Shown here one piece after another: positions 47,517-58,331 of a DNA stretch of 64,000 nucleotides. The translations under genes and the position numbers were made by a program. The first letter of the stretch is position 1. Each line of letters begins with the position of its first letter. Source of the DNA: Trueperaceae bacterium (GTDB lineage: Bacteria > Deinococcota > Deinococci > Deinococcales > Trueperaceae); assembly GCA_965213705.1 (NCBI GenBank), contig OZ243913.1:800001-864000 (forward strand), in the 5' to 3' direction. The notes beneath the pieces were generated by a model. The model was given only the letters and a program-made list of their open reading frames with translations, did no database searches and was not told the DNA's origin.

Positions 47517-48975
47517 CTTGGACTTGCTCGTCAAAAACGTCCGCGTGGTGCGCCCGCACGGCAAGGGCGCGCAGAAGCTGGACCTGGGCGTCAAAGACGG
47601 CCGTTTCGTGCAGATAGGCGAAACGCTCACTGCGGGTGCAGCGGAGACCGTCGACGCGAACGGCTTGCTCGGTTTTCCCGGTGTGACCGACGCGCACACG
47701 CACATCGGTATTTACCAAGACGTCGGCAAAGACGCCGCCACCGAGTCGGCGGCGGCGGTCTCGGGCGGCGTGACGACGCTGCTGACCTACGTCCGCACCG
47801 GCAGTTTGTACCTAAACCGCCCCGGCCCCGTGCGCGAGTTTTTCCCCGAACTGCTCGCGGCCTCCGAAGGCAACTACCACTGCGACTACGGCTACCACAT
47901 TTCGCCTATCCAGGGCTCCCAAGTTGCCGAGATGGCTTACATGGCGACCGAGGCGGGCGCGCCCAACTTCGGCGAGATTTTCATGTTTTACGGCTCGCAC
48001 GGCCTTCACGGCGGCAGCGACGTGCAGCGGCAATGGCTGATGTTGGACGAGGGCGAGAGTTACGACCTGGCACACTTCGACCAGGTTTGCCGAGAAGCGG
48101 CGCGCTTGCAACGGGCGCACCCCGAACTCGAGCCCTACATCGCCGTAAGTTGGCACTGCGAACTGCCCGACCTGCTGCGCGAGTACGAAAAACGCGTTCA
48201 GGCAAGGGACGACCTCACCGGCCTCGCCGCCTACAGCGCCGCGCGCCCGCCCCACTGCGAAGCCCTGGGCGTCGCCACCGCCGGAGCGCTCGCGCATGAG
48301 GCCGGTTTGACGCGCATCAACATCCTCCACATCACCTCACGCGAGGCGATGGACGCGGCCCTGCGGCTGCGCGAAACGTATCCCGAGCTGGACGTGGGCT
48401 TGGAAGTCACCGCCGGGCACCTCTTGCTGGACACGACCTGCCACATGGGCGTGTTCGCCAAGGTCAACCCGCCCCTGCGCCCGCCCGAGCACCGCGAGTA
48501 CCTGTGGGAGCGCGTCAAGGACGGCACCTTGCAGTGGGCCATGACCGACCACGCCAACTGTCCCGAAAACCTGAAAGTCGCCGCCGACGACCCCGACAAC
48601 ATCTGGAAGGCCAAGGCGGGTTTCGGCGGCACCGACTACTTGTTGCCGGGGCTCTACAGCGAGGGGGCGAAGCGCGGCGTGAGTCCCAACCGCGTCGCCG
48701 AACTGGTCTGCTACAACCCCGCGCGGCGCTTCGGGCTGAACAACAAGGGCGACATCGACGTCGGGCTGGACGCCGACCTCGTGCTTTTAGACCCGGACGA
48801 GACCTGGACGATTCGCGGGGCGGACTCGCTCTCGGCGCAGGGTTACACGCCGTTCGAGGGGTTGGAGGTGACGGGCAGGGTCAAGAAAACGTTTTTGCGC
48901 GGTCAGCTTGTGTTTGACAACGGCAAGGTGCAAGGGACACCGAGCGGGCGGTATCAGAAGCGCCCGACGGGTTGA
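47509..48975 (+). CDS. Cyclic amidohydrolase (dihydroorotase/allantoinase/hydantoinase superfamily)
   Basis: DAHTH, GGVTT, WHCE, LHITS, KVNPPLR, TDHA, DADLV. Confidence 0.88.
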   Translation: MADLDLLVKNVRVVRPHGKGAQKLDLGVKDGRFVQIGETLTAGAAETVDANGLLGFPGVTDAHTHIGIYQDVGKDAATESAAAVSGGVTTLLTYVRTGSLYLNRPGPVREFFPELLAASEGNYHCDYGYHISPIQGSQVAEMAYMATEAGAPNFGEIFMFYGSHGLHGGSDVQRQWLMLDEGESYDLAHFDQVCREAARLQRAHPELEPYIAVSWHCELPDLLREYEKRVQARDDLTGLAAYSAARPPHCEALGVATAGALAHEAGLTRINILHITSREAMDAALRLRETYPELDVGLEVTAGHLLLDTTCHMGVFAKVNPPLRPPEHREYLWERVKDGTLQWAMTDHANCPENLKVAADDPDNIWKAKAGFGGTDYLLPGLYSEGAKRGVSPNRVAELVCYNPARRFGLNNKGDIDVGLDADLVLLDPDETWTIRGADSLSAQGYTPFEGLEVTGRVKKTFLRGQLVFDNGKVQGTPSGRYQKRPTG

Positions 48976-49034
48976 TTTTGCCTCGAGCAGCTTGGTGATT
49001 TCGCTTATCGTCTACGAAACGTATACTGTAAGCA

Positions 49035-49508
49035 GTGAATCAAGATTTGAGGATCTTTTACGACCTTACCAAGCGCACAAGAGCCAAAGTGTTGGACTGG
49101 CTCGAGGCTTTGCCACCGGGCGTTTTTACCCAGCACAACGACGCGTTTGCTTACGGTAGCTTGAGCGCTATCCAAGCTCACGTAGCAGAAACCTATTTGT
49201 GGTGGGTTGGGACGGTTGGACTTGGCGCTAAAGAGGCCGAGGTTGGAGCGAGCGATGTACAAACTTTGCGTAGGGCATTTGACGATGTAGACACGGTTGT
49301 CTTAGAAGCGCTAGACACCTTTGATGATGTAGATGCCCCCTTCGTCTGGACGTCTCCTTCGGGTCAAAAGATTACGCTGTCTAAGCGCTGGTTGATCCTG
49401 CATCCTGTAACACATGAGTTTCATCACAAAGGTCAGGCTTTGGCATTGGCCCGCGCGTTGGGGCATCCTCATCCTGGGAATCCTGATACGGATTTGGCAG
49501 ACCCGTGA
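49035..49508 (+). CDS. DinB/YfiT-like four-helix protein
   Basis: AH...E..W and HPVTHEFHHKGQ; TATACT 7 nt upstream; lower GC than neighbours. Confidence 0.85.
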   Translation: MNQDLRIFYDLTKRTRAKVLDWLEALPPGVFTQHNDAFAYGSLSAIQAHVAETYLWWVGTVGLGAKEAEVGASDVQTLRRAFDDVDTVVLEALDTFDDVDAPFVWTSPSGQKITLSKRWLILHPVTHEFHHKGQALALARALGHPHPGNPDTDLADP

Positions 49509-49535
49509 GGTGTAAAGGGCTGAAAGAGCGCTGAT

Positions 49536-50543
49536 GTGTTTGCCACTCTGAGCTACAACGAGCAGGTGAAGCGGCTCACCCGACTGGCTCGAGCCGCACT
49601 CGCTCACTACGCCCTAAAAAACGCCAGCCTAAAAGACGCCGAACTCTCCCTCATCGCCCACTGGCAAAACACGACCTTTTGGGTGGACACGCCGGACAAG
49701 CGCTACGCCCTGCGCGTCAACCGGCCCGCGTCGCAAAGCCTCGCCTCCATCCGCTCGGAGCTGCTGTGGCTCGAGGCCCTGACCCGAGACACCGACCTCT
49801 GCGTCCCGACGCCCTACCGAAACGACGTAGGTGAACTGTTGACGATTGTCGCAGGTGAAACAGGCACGCGGCACTGCGTTTTGTTCAGTTGGCTGGATGG
49901 CGACTTTTTGGACGAAAAACTGACGCCCGCCCACCTCGAAACCGTGGGCGCGTTCACCGCCAAGCTGCACCGGCATTCCGAAACCTTTGTGCCGCCCCCC
50001 GGCTTCGAACGGCGGCGGCTCGAGTGGGACGGGCAGATGAGCAACTTTTTCACGCAGCCGAACACGCGGGCGAACCCCGTCGTCACGCCCGACCTGTGGA
50101 CACTGTTCGACGAGGTGCGCAGCCGAACCGAACCCGTCATGACCGCTCTAGGACGCAGCCCAGACGTTTACGGCCTCGTCCACAACGACGTCTACCAAGA
50201 AAACATGTTGTTTGCGGAGGGTGCGGTGCAAGTCTTCGACTTCGACAACTGCGGTTACGCACATTACCTGCTCGACGCGGCCGTGACCCTGGCGCAGGTG
50301 CGGAAACACGCGGACTATGCACAAAAGCGAGCGGCTTATTTGAAGGGCTACGCGCGGCACCGGGCGTTGTCGCAGGGAGAGTTGGACGGGCTCGAGGCCT
50401 TCCTCGCTGCCAGGGTGTTACTGCTCGCCCTCTACTACGCCAGCCAGACGGACAACCCGAAGATGAAGGCGGCGGCTCCGGCATACATCACGGGAGCGGC
50501 GGCGGACTTGCGGGGGTGGTTGGCAACGGGGCGCGTTCTTTAA
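49536..50543 (+). CDS. APH/type II homoserine kinase-like phosphotransferase
   Basis: YALRV, ELLWL, VHND..N, FDFD. Confidence 0.85.
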   Translation: MFATLSYNEQVKRLTRLARAALAHYALKNASLKDAELSLIAHWQNTTFWVDTPDKRYALRVNRPASQSLASIRSELLWLEALTRDTDLCVPTPYRNDVGELLTIVAGETGTRHCVLFSWLDGDFLDEKLTPAHLETVGAFTAKLHRHSETFVPPPGFERRRLEWDGQMSNFFTQPNTRANPVVTPDLWTLFDEVRSRTEPVMTALGRSPDVYGLVHNDVYQENMLFAEGAVQVFDFDNCGYAHYLLDAAVTLAQVRKHADYAQKRAAYLKGYARHRALSQGELDGLEAFLAARVLLLALYYASQTDNPKMKAAAPAYITGAAADLRGWLATGRVL

Positions 50544-50925
50544 GTCAAACCCATCAAACACGCCGCCACCACCTCCGGCTGCGTCATCATGCCGTTGCGG
50601 TGGACGGGCAGGTCCAGCCAGTCCCAGTCGGGGTTGTTCAGTGCGGGTCCGGGCATTTCGTCGGACGAGGGGTGGTAGGCTTGGCCCGTGCAGCGGATGT
50701 AGGTTTTGGACAGCCCGTCGTAGCCGCCGCTTCTCAGCACGAGTTCGTCGGTCCACTGCTTTGCCGGGTGCGGGGTCAGGCGGCGCTTCAGCCACGCTTT
50801 ATTTTCTTCGTCGGCGGCAGGTACGAGCAGCTCGAGCGCGTACTCTTCAAAAAAGTCCATCTTGTAGCCGTTCACAAACTTTTTTGTCGCTCTTTGAACC
50901 ACTTGGGCAGCTCGCCCGTGTCGGG
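50540..50925 (-). pseudogene. C-terminal remnant of an alpha/beta hydrolase (methylesterase-like)
   Basis: RRLTPHP, KTYIRCT, W.WL...MMTQPE; apparent frameshift in the T-run near 50880; nucleophile region missing. Confidence 0.55.
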
Positions 50926-51062
50926 CTAAGCAGCGCGAAGCGAGCCTGCAACCTGCCAAAGCCAACGACCTCGCCCTACTCATGAACGTGTACCATCGCG
51001 GCTTGGTCCGCAAAGCGCAGGCGCTCAACGTCGCCGCCGAACGCGGGCTTGTCTCCCTTTGA
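50925..51062 (+). pseudogene. C-terminal remnant of a small antitoxin-like gene preceding the HNH fragment
   Basis: AKQREASLQPAKANDLALLMNVYHRGLVRKAQALNVAAERGL*; stop abuts the HNH ATG. Confidence 0.4.
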
Positions 51063-51131
51063 ATGCGTGGTTATATCTCCGCAGCGCTCAAGGAGCGCGT
51101 CCGCAACACCGCCAAGGGTCGCTGCGGCTAC
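51063..51131 (+). pseudogene. N-terminal remnant of an HNH endonuclease
   Basis: MRGYISAALKERVRNTAKGRCGY, cut off within the first CxxC. Confidence 0.55.
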
Positions 51132-51285
51132 TGGATGCTGTTGCCGAACCACTCCCCCAAAAAGCCGACCGGCCCGCTGAAAGGGGAGACGAAACCGATT
51201 TTGACCGGCTTTTGCGCCGAGCCGACGCTCAGCAAAAGCGTTCCAACAAAGTAAGACCAACGCGGTGAACAAATCGTACTTGCAT
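51128..51285 (-). pseudogene. N-terminal remnant of a BCAA-type SBP
   Basis: AAGGAGG RBS and ATG 51285; frameshifted signal peptide, then SAQKPVKIGFVSPFSGPVGFLGE...*. Confidence 0.65.
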
Positions 51286-51329
51286 AGTGCCCCTCCTTTG
51301 GAGAACGCCGGGTCGGAGCCTCGGATTGA

Positions 51330-51346
51330 AATGTTATAACATTGTA
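51330..51346 (-). promoter_or_regulatory. Second copy of the putative GntR operator (AATGTTATAACATT) with TACAAT -10 box
   Basis: Perfect 14-bp palindrome; same -10/operator arrangement as at 33222. Confidence 0.7.
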
Positions 51347-51556
51347 CTAAATTTAATGCGAACAAAGGCGATGCGGTAGACTCAAAGAGACAGTAACTGT
51401 TCGTAACGGTGGATAAAAGTCCAGACAGCCCCGACGTGGTTGTCGAGCTGTTTAGACAAATAGGGTTTTCTGCACCAGCTGAGAGCGACGTTGTCTTGGA
51501 CAAAGGGGCACCTTCCGGGCCTGTCCGCTGCCGCAGGGTGTTGAAGCTCTCAATCT

Positions 51557-52384
51557 TTAACTCAGCTCGGCGAAGCGCGCTTCCCAAACGCGCAGCGCCC
51601 CAGGGTCGAGCGTGAAGATTCCGTCCCGCCACGACCCCACCTTTGTAAGAATGCGCCTCAGGTTGTCGGGCTCGAGCAGCGCCGGGCCGCTCAGGACGCG
51701 CAGACCACGCAACACCTTCCGCGCCGCCTCGGGCGAGTAGCTGGGCTCGGAGTAAGCGGCGAGGAAGCTCAAGAACATCGGGCTGCGCGTCCTGTCCCTG
51801 TCTTGCAACGCCCCGTAGACTTGCAGCAGGTCGTCACGGGTGGGCGTAGGTGGTGTGGGTGCAACTTGCGTGGGTGCAACTTGCGTGGGTGCAACTTGCG
51901 TGGGCGCGGCCCGGTCGGGTAGAGGTCCCGCCTCGGGCCGGTCGGTGTTGTCGGGAGGGTCGGCGTCGTAGGCCTGGTCGGGCGGATAAGTCCGGTCTCG
52001 GACATCGACCCGTTTGAGTTTGCCTTCGCTGGCGTGGTCTATCTTGCGACTTTCTTTGGTCTTAAAGTCGTACTCGTCCCAGGGAAACTTGTCCAGGTTT
52101 TCGCGGTAGTAAAAACCCCCGCCGTTGCTGGCCTTGTACTGTCCCAGCGTGGAGCTGTGCCGTTTGGGGTAACCCGTACACTGCACGTCGACGTACTCGA
52201 AGTCTTCGCCTTCGCGCTCGCCTTTCTTGGTGGTGACCGAGCGGTAGCGAATCTCGGTGGGCAGCCCGCAGACCAAGCAGCGCTTGGGCACGTCGAGCCA
52301 GCGCTGCGCGTCTCGCAGGGTCTCGAGCTCGCCCCCGGCCTCGACGAGGAGGGTCAGGTTGTGAAAAGAAATTTCGACTCTCAC
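51557..52384 (-). CDS. Hypothetical protein with putative Zn-binding N-domain and PTQVA x3 linker
   Basis: CLVC...C...H; LGQYK...GGGFYY; 15-bp tandem repeat at 51856-51905; TAAACT upstream. Confidence 0.6.
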   Translation of the reverse strand: MRVEISFHNLTLLVEAGGELETLRDAQRWLDVPKRCLVCGLPTEIRYRSVTTKKGEREGEDFEYVDVQCTGYPKRHSSTLGQYKASNGGGFYYRENLDKFPWDEYDFKTKESRKIDHASEGKLKRVDVRDRTYPPDQAYDADPPDNTDRPEAGPLPDRAAPTQVAPTQVAPTQVAPTPPTPTRDDLLQVYGALQDRDRTRSPMFLSFLAAYSEPSYSPEAARKVLRGLRVLSGPALLEPDNLRRILTKVGSWRDGIFTLDPGALRVWEARFAELS

Positions 52385-52518
52385 AGTAACACCAGTTTAC
52401 ACCCGAACCCGGGAGAGGAGCGGAACGGGCCGCAACAACCGTGTGCGCGTCGTCAGGGCTTGTGAAGCGTCAAACAACGGTTCCAAGAAGGGTTGACGTT
52501 TTCGACAAGACGTAAAGC

Positions 52519-52860
52519 TTGAAAACGCCCTACCGTCGGCGAACGTACCGCGAATTTTGGTCTTGTTTGGAGACGCTGACGGTAGAAGTTGGACAATTAC
52601 GAAGTCACCTCCGGCAAATCCGACGACGGTGCTCAGCCCCGTTTTGGCGGCCAGAGACAGTTCCCCACCGGCTCGGACGCCAGACGCTGCCTTACGCCGT
52701 CCGCCGGGCCGAAGCGCTGGGCCGAGAAGCGGAACAGCTGTTGCGCACCGTGACCCTTGAGCGCGGCGTGCGCTTGTTGGGCGTCGGCGCCACCGGGCTT
52801 ACGAGGGCGGCGGGGGGTCCGGCACAACCTTTTTTGTTTCCAGCCCACAAAATGCGCTAG
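52519..52860 (+). pseudogene. DNA polymerase IV (Y-family) little-finger remnant
   Basis: RQTLPYAV...AEQLL...GVRLLGVGATGL; no catalytic domain. Confidence 0.55.
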
Positions 52861-52996
52861 TTTCTTCTTGCTCTGCTCGCATTTGAGTCCGAGAGAATTA
52901 AACGGAAGGGGTATCAGGTGCTTGCACTCGTTGCGGATTTCGATAAGAAAGCGAACAACTCTTCCAAGGGGAGCTGTAGTACCGAAATCCGTATGA
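52859..52996. repeat. Two half-copies of the SNR-like repeat in opposite orientation
   Basis: 52859-52916 matches 23036-23092 (direct); 52948-52996 matches 22974-23022 (inverted). Confidence 0.7.
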
Positions 52997-53264
52997 GCAA
53001 GGGTCGGACTAGGAGGTCCGGCGGGATGAGGAGGCGAACCGCTCAAAAGGTGAGTTTGGCAAGCGACCCCGCTCACACGCCAACCGTCTTTTGTGACTGG
53101 GATTGTCACGAAGTCCGCTGGCCTGTTCGCACGTGTGACGTCACCGTCGGCAGCCGGTCATAGCTGAGCGGGACACCGCCACCTGCGACGAGGGCGAAGT
53201 GGGGTTTTGCGATGAGCTATACGGCACAGTTGACCGGCCTGGATACGGCTTTGTGAAGCGGGGG

Positions 53265-54956
53265 TTACGCGCCGTCTCCACCGTGTTTCGTGTCCTCGCC
53301 CCCCTGTTGTAAACGCACAAAAAGCGCCCCCAGCGCGGCGGCGGCACCCGCGCCGACCGCCCCGCCCACAAGCCACTTGCGCACGCTCCCTTTCAGCAAG
53401 TTTTGCGCCGCCAAGTACCCCGACCCGGCGTTCGTGCCGCCGCCGGGCCAGGTCGCCGCGCCGACCATAAACAGGTTTTCCACGGGCATCCGGTAGGTCG
53501 ACCAGCCGGGAAAGGGACGGAACAAAAAGTTTTGCTTGAGGTGGTGGCTGCCCCCCACGCTGTCCCCACCGCGCAGGTTTGGGTTGTGCCTTTCTAAGTC
53601 GGCGGGCGAGAAAACCGTGCGCGCCAGAACTAAATCCTTGACGCCGGGGGCGTAGGGCTCGAGCTTGTCCATGACCCGGTTGGCGTAGGGCTCTTTGAGG
53701 TCGTCCCAGGTGCCGGGGGCGAGCGTGCCCGCCGCGTCCCCCTTGACGTCGTAAGGCAGGGTGCGCACCTGTATCCAGAGGATGTGCTCGTCGCCCGGCG
53801 TGCGCGACGGGTCGAAGGTGGTCGGCTGCCCGACGATGAGCAGCGGGCTCGCGGGCAGATAACCATTGAGCGAGTCCGTGTAGGTGCGGGCTAGGTCGTC
53901 GACGTAGGGCGGGATGTGAACGTAGGCGAAGTCGCCGATTTCCTCGCCCGCCGCCCAGCGCGGTTTGCCCTTGAGGGCCAGGTGGACCATCATGGTGCCG
54001 GGGCCGTAGGCGTAGCGCGCAACTTTGCGGCGGAACGCGTCCGGCAGCGGTTCGGGCAACAAGCGCTCGAACAGCACCGTCGGGGTGAGGTTGGCGATGA
54101 CGGCGCGGCTCGCGAACACCTGTTCGCCGTTCGCCAGCTCCACGCCGACGGCTTTGCCCTCGTCGGTGAGGACGCGCGTCACCTCGGTTCCCGTCGCCAC
54201 CTCGCCGCCGTGCTCGCGGATAATGCCCACCAGGGCGTCGGGTAGCGCCGACGCGCCGCCCTTGGCTATCGCCATGCCCTCTTCCATGTCGCTGAACACC
54301 TCGAGCAGCGGAAACTGCGCCCCACCCGACACGTCCGGGCCGAAGTCCAGGTGCATCCCCCAGGTGGCGACGAGCGCGCGCATCTCTTCGGTCTCAAAGT
54401 AAGCTTCGCCCAGTTCGCGCGTCGAACTCAGGACCAGGTGGCCGAGTTCGAGTATCTCCTCCACCCCCACCTTGCGCACCGCGTCGGTGAGCGCGCCGCC
54501 CGCCGCGAGCGAGGGCAGTTCGGTGTAGTAGAGCGGCAGCAGGGCCTTTTGAAACGCCTTGAAGTGCGCGTACAACCGCTCGAAGCCCTCGGCGTCCCCG
54601 GCGCTGTGTTCACGCAGGTGCGCGAGCGTCTTGTCGTAGTTCCTGTAAACACGCAGGCTCGAGCCGTCCGGGAAGACGTTGCAGTAAGGCTTGTCCGACA
54701 CGCAGTAGCTCAGGCCGTGCCGCTCCAGGTCCTCTTTCAATTCCTTGTAGACGGGTGAGCCGCGGAACAGGTTCTGGTTCATCGAGTACAGGTCGTGAAC
54801 AAAGCCGGGCAGCGTGATTTCGCCGCTCTGCACCGCGCCGCCCACGCGCGCGTTGCGCTCTAAAACGAGCACGCGCCACTTGGCTCGGGCGAGGTACGCG
54901 GCGGCCGTGAGACCGTTGTGGCCCGCGCCGACAACGATGGCGTCGTAAGGTGTCAT
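53265..54956 (-). CDS. Phytoene desaturase-family FAD oxidoreductase
   Basis: VGAGHNGL, LER..VGG, MPVENLFMVGAATWPGGG..GSG; GGAGG RBS. Confidence 0.85.
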   Translation of the reverse strand: MTPYDAIVVGAGHNGLTAAAYLARAKWRVLVLERNARVGGAVQSGEITLPGFVHDLYSMNQNLFRGSPVYKELKEDLERHGLSYCVSDKPYCNVFPDGSSLRVYRNYDKTLAHLREHSAGDAEGFERLYAHFKAFQKALLPLYYTELPSLAAGGALTDAVRKVGVEEILELGHLVLSSTRELGEAYFETEEMRALVATWGMHLDFGPDVSGGAQFPLLEVFSDMEEGMAIAKGGASALPDALVGIIREHGGEVATGTEVTRVLTDEGKAVGVELANGEQVFASRAVIANLTPTVLFERLLPEPLPDAFRRKVARYAYGPGTMMVHLALKGKPRWAAGEEIGDFAYVHIPPYVDDLARTYTDSLNGYLPASPLLIVGQPTTFDPSRTPGDEHILWIQVRTLPYDVKGDAAGTLAPGTWDDLKEPYANRVMDKLEPYAPGVKDLVLARTVFSPADLERHNPNLRGGDSVGGSHHLKQNFLFRPFPGWSTYRMPVENLFMVGAATWPGGGTNAGSGYLAAQNLLKGSVRKWLVGGAVGAGAAAALGALFVRLQQGGEDTKHGGDGA

Positions 54957-55720
54957 AGTTACCTCCACTTGAGGAAATTTGCGCCTGACGGGGCTTAAGT
55001 GGGCAAGGATGTAGATTGGAAACTAAAACTTGCGCCGGCGCAACGCTCAAGAAGCATTCATGGTACAAAGCCTGCGGTCGTCTCACCCCCCCGAGGTTCT
55101 CGAGAGCCGGCGGTTGCTGGTTCTTACAAGCATAGCCCCACCTGAACGTGTTGATTAGGATTCAAACCAACATCCTGGGGCTTACGCGAGAGTTGGGCCG
55201 TCAATATACAAGTCGATACGCAAAAGGCCAAAGAAGTGTCTGGGCGTCATCCAAAGAACACCTCACCCCCCGGACCTCCTCGACGACTGCGCCCAGCGGT
55301 CAACCGGTATCGACCATCGCAGCGTGAGCCCGCGCACGTCACCGTGGTCGATAGTCGATATGCCAGGTTTGTCGCCTTTCGCGCCGAACACGGGTTGACC
55401 TGCAACCAGCTCGCTTCTACTCTCTGTATAAGCGGGCCATAGAAGGTCGGGAGGCGCGCCGGCGCTAACCCTCTGGGTTTGGCTGTTGCTGCACGTCGTT
55501 ATGCGCCATCCTGAAATCGGGCCTGTCCTGGTGCCGGAGGGTCTGTGCGGCCTCTGCGATGAAGCGCGGGGCGGGGTTGGAACTACGCGTGGTTCCAGGT
55601 TCAAACTGGAGCAAGTCGGGAGCCTGCTCGAGAGCCTGGGGGTATCGCTTGACAAAGGGCACACGGCACAAACGACCACTCCCCTGAATTAGTTGGCACA
55701 CAAGCGGCACACAGAGACGT

Positions 55721-55754
55721 AAAAAGTGCGATAGGTTTTTGGTCTATCGCACTT
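55721..55754 (-). terminator. Rho-independent terminator downstream of tRNA-Asn
   Basis: 11-bp stem AAGTGCGATAG/CTATCGCACTT with a U-run on the minus strand. Confidence 0.7.
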
Positions 55755-55783
55755 AGTTTTGCTGTCCCTGACAGCCTTTCTTT

Positions 55784-55858
55784 TGGCTCCGCGGGTAGGA
55801 TTCGAACCTACGACCAATCGATTAACAGTCGATCGCTCTGCCACTGAGCTACCGCGGA
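55784..55858 (-). tRNA. tRNA-Asn (GTT)
   Basis: TCCGCGG acceptor, ATCGA-CTGTTAA-TCGAT anticodon arm, GTAGG-TTCGAAT-CCTAC T-arm, encoded CCA; 75 nt. Confidence 0.97.
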
Positions 55859-55945
55859 TTACAGTCTCGAGCGAGCTGCCTCGGCGCCGGGCAAAAGGCA
55901 GTCTAGCAAAGCCGACAAGGCTTTGGCAAGCCTTGTCGAACGCTG

Positions 55946-57856
<1,911 letters not shown>

Positions 57857-58331
57857 CGGGGTCGCTCCTTAAAACCTGGTCTGAACGGGTAAAACACCCG
57901 TTAAAGCGGTTTAAGATAGCACGTCGCGTCTTGCAGAACTGTTAACTAAAAGAAAAATCGGCTTACGCCGCCGCGCGTGCAAGACCGGCGAAGTTGGGCA
58001 GGATTTCGTCCCGTTCACACCGTTTTTGACTGCGAGTTTTCGCCAGGCGTTTACCCAGCGAGAACCGTGCGTCACACCGTTTTACACCGCCTCGAGACGC
58101 GAATACGCGCCCTGAAAGTTTCGGCAACAGCCTATGTCCCCGACGACCTTTTTACTGGGCCTGTGCTCTTGTAAACGGCGTTGCCGACACCGCCCGCCCT
58201 GACTGACGCCCACCGCCCCACTAGGTCAGCCGACTGGGTCAGCCGAGGACATTTTTATTGGGTGAACGAACGGCGTCGTGAAACCCTCTCGTTTTACGCC
58301 CTTTCTCATGCGCGGGTGTCACACTGTAAAG

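Noticed and set aside
52499..52515. RDRM (DdrO box)-like site TTACGTCTTGTCGAAAA on the minus strand
   Set aside because: Only one half-site fits the 17-bp palindrome.
52960..53075. yybP-ykoY (Mn) riboswitch suggested by AAGGGGAG
   Set aside because: The rest of the consensus is absent, no + strand gene follows, and the segment is part of the dispersed repeat also at 22989-23022.
57860..58330. 470-bp intergenic region with short repeats (CACACCGTTTT x2) as a speA riboswitch
   Set aside because: No recognisable aptamer or consistent nested structure by eye.
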